A stretch of 64,000 nt of DNA from a bacterium (GTDB lineage Bacteria > UBA8248). Below are positions 59,481 to 64,000 of the stretch, piece after piece. The position numbers and the translations under genes are program-made. The notes below the pieces were generated by a model. The model did no database searches, had not been told where the DNA came from, and saw only the letters and a program-made list of their open reading frames with translations. Within the stretch, counting starts at the first letter, position 1; the number at the start of each line of letters is the position of its first letter. Location of the stretch: positions 192,001 through 256,000 of the forward strand of contig CBDCRP010000003.1 of the NCBI GenBank assembly GCA_965221165.1. The letters are read 5' to 3'.

Positions 59481-60743
59481 ATGGCGCGGCCCAAGCTCAC
59501 GGCGGTGCGCGGCGTGAAAGACATTCTGCCGGAAGAATCTTTGAGCTGGCGAGGAGCCGAGCGTCTGGCGCGCGAGATTTTCACGCGCTACGGCTACGGA
59601 GAGATAAGAGTGCCCGTGTTCGAGCGCACGGAACTGTTTGCGCGCGGCATCGGCGAGGAAACCGACATCGTCTCCAAGGAGATGTACACCTTCGACGACA
59701 AGGGCGGTGACTCCATCACCCTCCGCCCCGAAGCGACCGCCTCGATTTGCCGCGCCTACGTCCAGAACGGCCTCCACAACCGCCCCGGCGTATCGAAGCT
59801 CTTCTGCATCGGCCCCATGTTCCGCTACGAGCGTCCCCAGGCGGGCCGCCTGAGGCAGTTTCACCAAATAGACGCCGAGGTATTCGGCGCCGAGGACCCG
59901 GCGGTAGACGCCGAACTCATCGTGATGCTCATGGAATTTCTGGACGCCATGGGGGTCGAAGGTCTGGCGCTTCAGATCAACAATCTGGGCGACACCGAAT
60001 GCCGCCCGGCCTACGCCGCCGCCCTCCAGGAATATCTCAGACAGGAAACGAAGCATTTAGGCCCTGAAATCGCCGAGCGCATCGAGCGCAACCCGCTGCG
60101 CTTCCTGGACAGCAAGGACCCGGATCATCAGGAGATCATCGCGCGCGCGCCGAGGATAGACGCGTTCTGGAACGATGCGTGCCGGGAGCATTTGAACAGC
60201 GTATGCGAATTCCTAAAAGGCGAGGGCGTCGCCTACAAGATAAACCCGAGGCTCGTTCGCGGTCTCGATTATTACTGCCTCACCGTCTTCGAGGTGACGA
60301 GCGAGAGTCTGGGGGCTCAAAACGCGGTGTGCGGCGGGGGGCGCTACGACGGTCTCGTGGAAGAACTGGGCGGCCCTCCCACGCCGGCGATTGGTTTCGC
60401 GGTCGGGATGGAGCGTCTTTTGCAGTTGGCCGGCGAAAAGGCCCCGGCCCCGAAAGAGGGAACGCAAGTCTACATCGTCGCGCTCGGCGACGCCGCGCAG
60501 CGCCAGGTCTTCGAACTCGCCTCCGAATTGCGCGCGCACGGGATTCGGACGGAACGCTCCTTCGGCGGGGGCAGCATGAAGAGTCAGATGAAGCGCGCCG
60601 ATCGCTCAGGCGCCGAATTCGTGCTGTTGCTCGGCGATGACGAGGCGGCCAAGGGAGTGGTGAGCGTTCGCCACATGGTCGAAAGCCGCCAGAGAGAGGT
60701 GAAACGAAGCGAGATATACAATTACATAAAAGATAATTTATAG
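59481..60743 (+). CDS. hisS: Histidine--tRNA ligase
   Basis: RG.KD.LP, KEMY.F.D, LRPE.TA, FRYERPQAGR.RQF.Q, LVRGLDYY, GGRYD, G.ER. Start ATG 59481 (GGAGG RBS). Confidence 0.97.
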   Translation: MARPKLTAVRGVKDILPEESLSWRGAERLAREIFTRYGYGEIRVPVFERTELFARGIGEETDIVSKEMYTFDDKGGDSITLRPEATASICRAYVQNGLHNRPGVSKLFCIGPMFRYERPQAGRLRQFHQIDAEVFGAEDPAVDAELIVMLMEFLDAMGVEGLALQINNLGDTECRPAYAAALQEYLRQETKHLGPEIAERIERNPLRFLDSKDPDHQEIIARAPRIDAFWNDACREHLNSVCEFLKGEGVAYKINPRLVRGLDYYCLTVFEVTSESLGAQNAVCGGGRYDGLVEELGGPPTPAIGFAVGMERLLQLAGEKAPAPKEGTQVYIVALGDAAQRQVFELASELRAHGIRTERSFGGGSMKSQMKRADRSGAEFVLLLGDDEAAKGVVSVRHMVESRQREVKRSEIYNYIKDNL

Positions 60744-60788
60744 CTAACTAACAATTAGTTGCACGGTATAATTCAAGTAGATTCTATC

Positions 60789-61721
60789 TTACGAGCAAAG
60801 CCATTCATACACGCTGACGACCCCCACCTCGCCGAACCCCAGATCCTGATAGAACGCGCGCACCCCCTCGTCATCGGCGGAGACGATAAGTTCGAGCGCC
60901 TCCGCGCCGCACGCCAACGCCCTTTGGGCGGATGCCTGAATCAGCAAGCGGCCCAGCCCTTTTCTGCGGTGGGCGCGCATGACGCCGATGTCGGGAATGT
61001 AGACGGATTTATCGCCCGAAGCCAACCGGTTCGGGTCGACGGCCAGTATCGCCATACCCGCCCCCTCGGGGTCGCCCGATTCCGTATCGAAGAACTCGAG
61101 GATGAGTGAATTCTCCGGGCGCGTATCCGGCGCGTCGTACCACGCGGTTATGGTCTCGGCCGTATGGCGCATAAAATTCCACATGTTCACGAAAATCCCG
61201 TTGAACAGATCGGCGAGGTATTGCGCATCGCCGGGCAGGGCCGGCGCGCGAATTCCGTAGCCCGTCGGCGGGAGAGAATCCGACAGTTCTTCCAGCGAGT
61301 CATGCTTCAGGAAACGAAGATCGTGAACCTTCCGCCCACCGCTCAGATACACGAAACGCCCCGGAAGCGAGACGGGCAGATAGGCCCATATGCCCCCCAG
61401 GCCGTTTTCTTTCGCCCCGGCGAGGGCCGCCTCCAGCAGATGGCGCGCATAGCCCTCCTTTCTGCTCTCGGGCCGCACGAAAAGGGCGTCGATGCAGGCC
61501 CTGTCCCTCGCTCTCGTCTCCCTGTTCATGACCATCCGGCAATAGCCCGCCGGGATCTCATCGCCTTCCTCTCCCGACCAGACCAGCCAGACCTCCGTGC
61601 CCGGCGCGCCGAAGCCTCCGACCACCTCTTCGTGCGAAAGCCCAAAAGCATCCGCCGCCAAAGAGGCCAGCGCATCACGGTGCCTGGACTCGAACCGCTC
61701 CACTCTAACCTCGGTAGACAT
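60789..61721 (-). CDS. Tandem GNAT acetyltransferase (MshD-like architecture)
   Basis: Two acetyl-CoA motif A copies (LFVRPESRKEGYARHLL; IGVMRAHRRKGLGRLL) and FYQDLGF. Confidence 0.82.
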   Translation of the reverse strand: MSTEVRVERFESRHRDALASLAADAFGLSHEEVVGGFGAPGTEVWLVWSGEEGDEIPAGYCRMVMNRETRARDRACIDALFVRPESRKEGYARHLLEAALAGAKENGLGGIWAYLPVSLPGRFVYLSGGRKVHDLRFLKHDSLEELSDSLPPTGYGIRAPALPGDAQYLADLFNGIFVNMWNFMRHTAETITAWYDAPDTRPENSLILEFFDTESGDPEGAGMAILAVDPNRLASGDKSVYIPDIGVMRAHRRKGLGRLLIQASAQRALACGAEALELIVSADDEGVRAFYQDLGFGEVGVVSVYEWLCS

Positions 61722-62097
61722 GCACGCTTCCCTCGTCGATCATCTTCTCGAATTTTTTCATCAGCCAGCCCCGCAGCACGGCGCGCACGGGAGGCGCCAT
61801 CAGGGCGAAACCGGCGGCGTCCGTCAGAAGGCCGGGGGTGAGGAGCAGCACGCCGCCCACGAGCACCATGGCGCCCTCGACCATCTCGGCCCCGGGGAGC
61901 CTCCCCTCCGCCATTTCCGCCTGTATGCGCGAGACCACGTAAAACCCCTGGGTTCTCGCCGCCCATGCGCCCAGCGCGCCCGTGAGAATCACGACCCCCA
62001 GCGTCGGCGCCAGACCGATGGCGCTGCCCAGATCGATGAGAATCATCAATTCCGCGATGGGGATGAGCGTGAAGAGCAAAAACAGTTTGAAGATCAA
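61705..62097 (-). CDS. fxsA: FxsA family membrane protein
   Basis: LF..IP..E..ILI..G..IG...T, G..L..PG..TD..G. Confidence 0.9.
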   Translation of the reverse strand: MIFKLFLLFTLIPIAELMILIDLGSAIGLAPTLGVVILTGALGAWAARTQGFYVVSRIQAEMAEGRLPGAEMVEGAMVLVGGVLLLTPGLLTDAAGFALMAPPVRAVLRGWLMKKFEKMIDEGSVHVYRG

Positions 62098-62339
62098 GAC
62101 GCTTCTCCTTCGTTGCACGTTCGCCTTATTTTAGCACGAGTTCGCGCGAAATGGATATATGGGGAGATTCGTGCAAAACAGGGAGGAAACGAGGCAGGCG
62201 CAAAACAATCCCGAGGTGCGCGAAACGCAGGCCGCCTCTTTTCAGGCCGGGTGAAAAGCCTTACAGTCCTACGAAGCATTTCAATACTTCCACGCGCTTG
62301 CGGCTATCGCACCCGATGAGATCGAAGGAGGCTCGAGAA

Positions 62340-63401
62340 ATGGCATCCACAATGAAAGCAATGCGGCTTCATGAGTTGGGCGGCTCGTTCAGGCTGGAGG
62401 AGGTTTCGATTCCCCAGCCCGGCCCGAACGATGCTCTCGTACGCCTCAAGGCCACGGGCGTGGGACTCACGCTGGTCATCATGCGCAGCACGCCGGGCTT
62501 GGTGGATGAATACCCGAGAATTCTGGGACACGAAATCGCGGGCGAGGTCGTCGAGACGGGCTCCCACGTCACGAACGTGGGCGAAGGCGATCACGTGACG
62601 TGCCATTTTTACCTCACCTGCCACAACTGCCGGTTCTGCCGCAGCGGCCGTGAAACGCTTTGCGAGAATTTCAGGGGATACTTCGGCCTCGTCATGGACG
62701 GGGGCTATGCGGAATACACCGTCGTTCCCGCCGTGAACCTCTGCAAGATTCCCGAGGGCGTCAGCTCGCTCGACGCCTGCGTGGCGGCGGACGCCATCTG
62801 CACCCCCTATCACAACTGTGTGGCAGAGGCCCAGATAAAACCGGGCGACCTGGTGGCGGTCGTGGGCGCAGGCGGCGGCGTGGCGATCCACTCGGTGCAG
62901 ATGGCCCAGGTGTGCGGCGGCCACGTCATCGGAATCGACGTGTCGGAGAAAAAACTCGAAACCGTCTCCGAACTCGGGGCCTTCGCCACGCTGAACCCCG
63001 CGCAAACCGACACCGTGGAGGAAATCCTCTCCCTGACCGACGGACGCGGAGTGGACGCCTACATCGACTACGTGGCCTCGCGCGAGACGCTCGAAGCGGG
63101 CCTCGCCAGCCTCGCGCGCGGGGGCAAGCTGGTGATCGTGGGCTACCGCCCTGCCGCGGCGTACAAGAACGTGTCGCCGAACTTCACCGTCGACCCGCTT
63201 CACCTGCTCACCTACGCGCAGGAGATTCACGGCTCGCGCTACTGTTCGATGGAGGAACTCGGGCAATCGCTCGCGCTGGTTCAGCAGGGCAGGATAAAAC
63301 CCATCGTGACGGAAACCTTCCCGCTCGAAGAGACGGAAGCCGCATTTCAGGCGCTCATTGAAAACCGGGTGACCGGCAGGGCGGCGGTGGTGTTTGATTA
63401 G
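62340..63401 (+). CDS. Zinc-binding medium-chain dehydrogenase/reductase
   Basis: GHE..G.V, structural Zn CHNCRFC...C, DGGYAEY, GAGGG Rossmann motif, GR.V; AAGGAGG RBS. Confidence 0.88.
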   Translation: MASTMKAMRLHELGGSFRLEEVSIPQPGPNDALVRLKATGVGLTLVIMRSTPGLVDEYPRILGHEIAGEVVETGSHVTNVGEGDHVTCHFYLTCHNCRFCRSGRETLCENFRGYFGLVMDGGYAEYTVVPAVNLCKIPEGVSSLDACVAADAICTPYHNCVAEAQIKPGDLVAVVGAGGGVAIHSVQMAQVCGGHVIGIDVSEKKLETVSELGAFATLNPAQTDTVEEILSLTDGRGVDAYIDYVASRETLEAGLASLARGGKLVIVGYRPAAAYKNVSPNFTVDPLHLLTYAQEIHGSRYCSMEELGQSLALVQQGRIKPIVTETFPLEETEAAFQALIENRVTGRAAVVFD

Positions 63402-63463
63402 GCTTCATACGCGAAGAAGTATTCGTCTTGATGACTTTCAGATGATTTTTAGGAGAAACACCC

Positions 63464-63940
63464 ATGGTGGAAGCCGTAGACATGGAAGTGATGGCCAAGC
63501 AGGAGCGCCGGGTAAGGGCCAGGCGCATGGAGGGCTGCCGGGTGGAACTGAAAGCGCGGAAGCACTCCTTCATCGCCGATGAACCCGCGCAGGGCGGCGG
63601 AACCGACACCGGCCCCACGCCGCGCGAACTCGCGCTCGGCGCGCTTTCCGCCTGCATCACGGTCATCACGAGCAAGGTGGCCGATGGGCTGGGCTTCAAC
63701 GTCATCGCCCAGGAAGTGGAGGTTCGCGGCACGGCCGACCCCAGGGGCGCCAAGGATGCGGACAACGACATCAGCCCCAACTTCGATTACGTGGAGGCGA
63801 AAATCCACCTCACCACCGATGAGTCCGACGAGCGCGTCGAGGAACTCAAGCGCCAGCATCACGGGCGCTGCCCCATTTCCGCTCTCTACCGCGAGAGCGG
63901 CTGCGAACTGGTGGAGGAATGGGTGATCAAGCGGCCATAA
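63464..63940 (+). CDS. OsmC/Ohr-family protein
   Basis: DEP...GG.D.GPTP.EL.L.AL.AC ... CPI; AGGAG RBS. Confidence 0.85.
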   Translation: MVEAVDMEVMAKQERRVRARRMEGCRVELKARKHSFIADEPAQGGGTDTGPTPRELALGALSACITVITSKVADGLGFNVIAQEVEVRGTADPRGAKDADNDISPNFDYVEAKIHLTTDESDERVEELKRQHHGRCPISALYRESGCELVEEWVIKRP

Positions 63941-63947
63941 AAACCCG

Positions 63948-63987
63948 AAACCCCCGCCGCGTCCCGAAAAACGCGCCGGGGGTTTTT
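63948..63987 (+). terminator. Rho-independent terminator after the OsmC-family gene
   Basis: AAACCCCCGCCGCGT / ACGCGCCGGGGGTTT stem (one mismatch), 8-nt loop, T-run. Confidence 0.8.
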
Positions 63988-64000
63988 GTATAGGGCGCAT

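Noticed and set aside
62131-62145. sigma54 -24/-12-like site TTAGCACGAGTTCGC
   Set aside because: The invariant GG is AG and TTGC is imperfect.
62160-62260. c-di-GMP-I (GEMM) riboswitch resemblance from GCAAAAC/GAAA words
   Set aside because: Could not build the P1/P2 stems or the tetraloop receptor.
1-64000. CRISPR arrays, IS elements, rRNA, T-box or FMN riboswitch
   Set aside because: No regularly spaced repeats, transposases or rRNA-like tracts seen; intergenic gaps before ribD and the synthetase genes are too short for such leaders.

Overview
Core-genome region of a Gram-negative (LPS-producing) bacterium. Gene content and order resemble Nitrospinota/Deltaproteobacteria-like lineages (inference, not a taxonomic call). 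About 53 CDS and one tRNA-Met(CAT); nearly all genes from 1 to 54 kb are on the minus strand. No CRISPR array, transposase or prophage was seen. Housekeeping blocks: pdxJ-ftsH-tilS, proS-ispG-rseP-lolA-purNM, mutS, phoH-pgpH-ybeY, xerD, murJ, rpsT, holA-lptE, nusB-rib operon, ppdK, glyQS, lysC-hom, lipA, argS, recO, rpsU, era, aspS, comEC, cobB, hisS. The standout is a three-gene unit at 11.2-16.2 kb: a DUF4390-like exported protein, an NtrY-like sensor kinase, and a single 710-aa ORF. That ORF fuses an NtrX-like response regulator (intact receiver, degenerate sigma54-type AAA+, Fis-like HTH) to an apparently intact LpxC. This suggests direct two-component control of the committed step of lipid A synthesis. 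A lapA-like gene with no adjacent lapB, and ftsH, lie nearby. Secondary findings: several apparent pseudoenzymes (RibBX, ApgM-like protein, ComEC MBL domain, Cys-less Zn-ADH), two small unannotated coupled ORFs, a probable ~9 kb inversion separating hisS from aspS, and short AT-rich palindromic islands.
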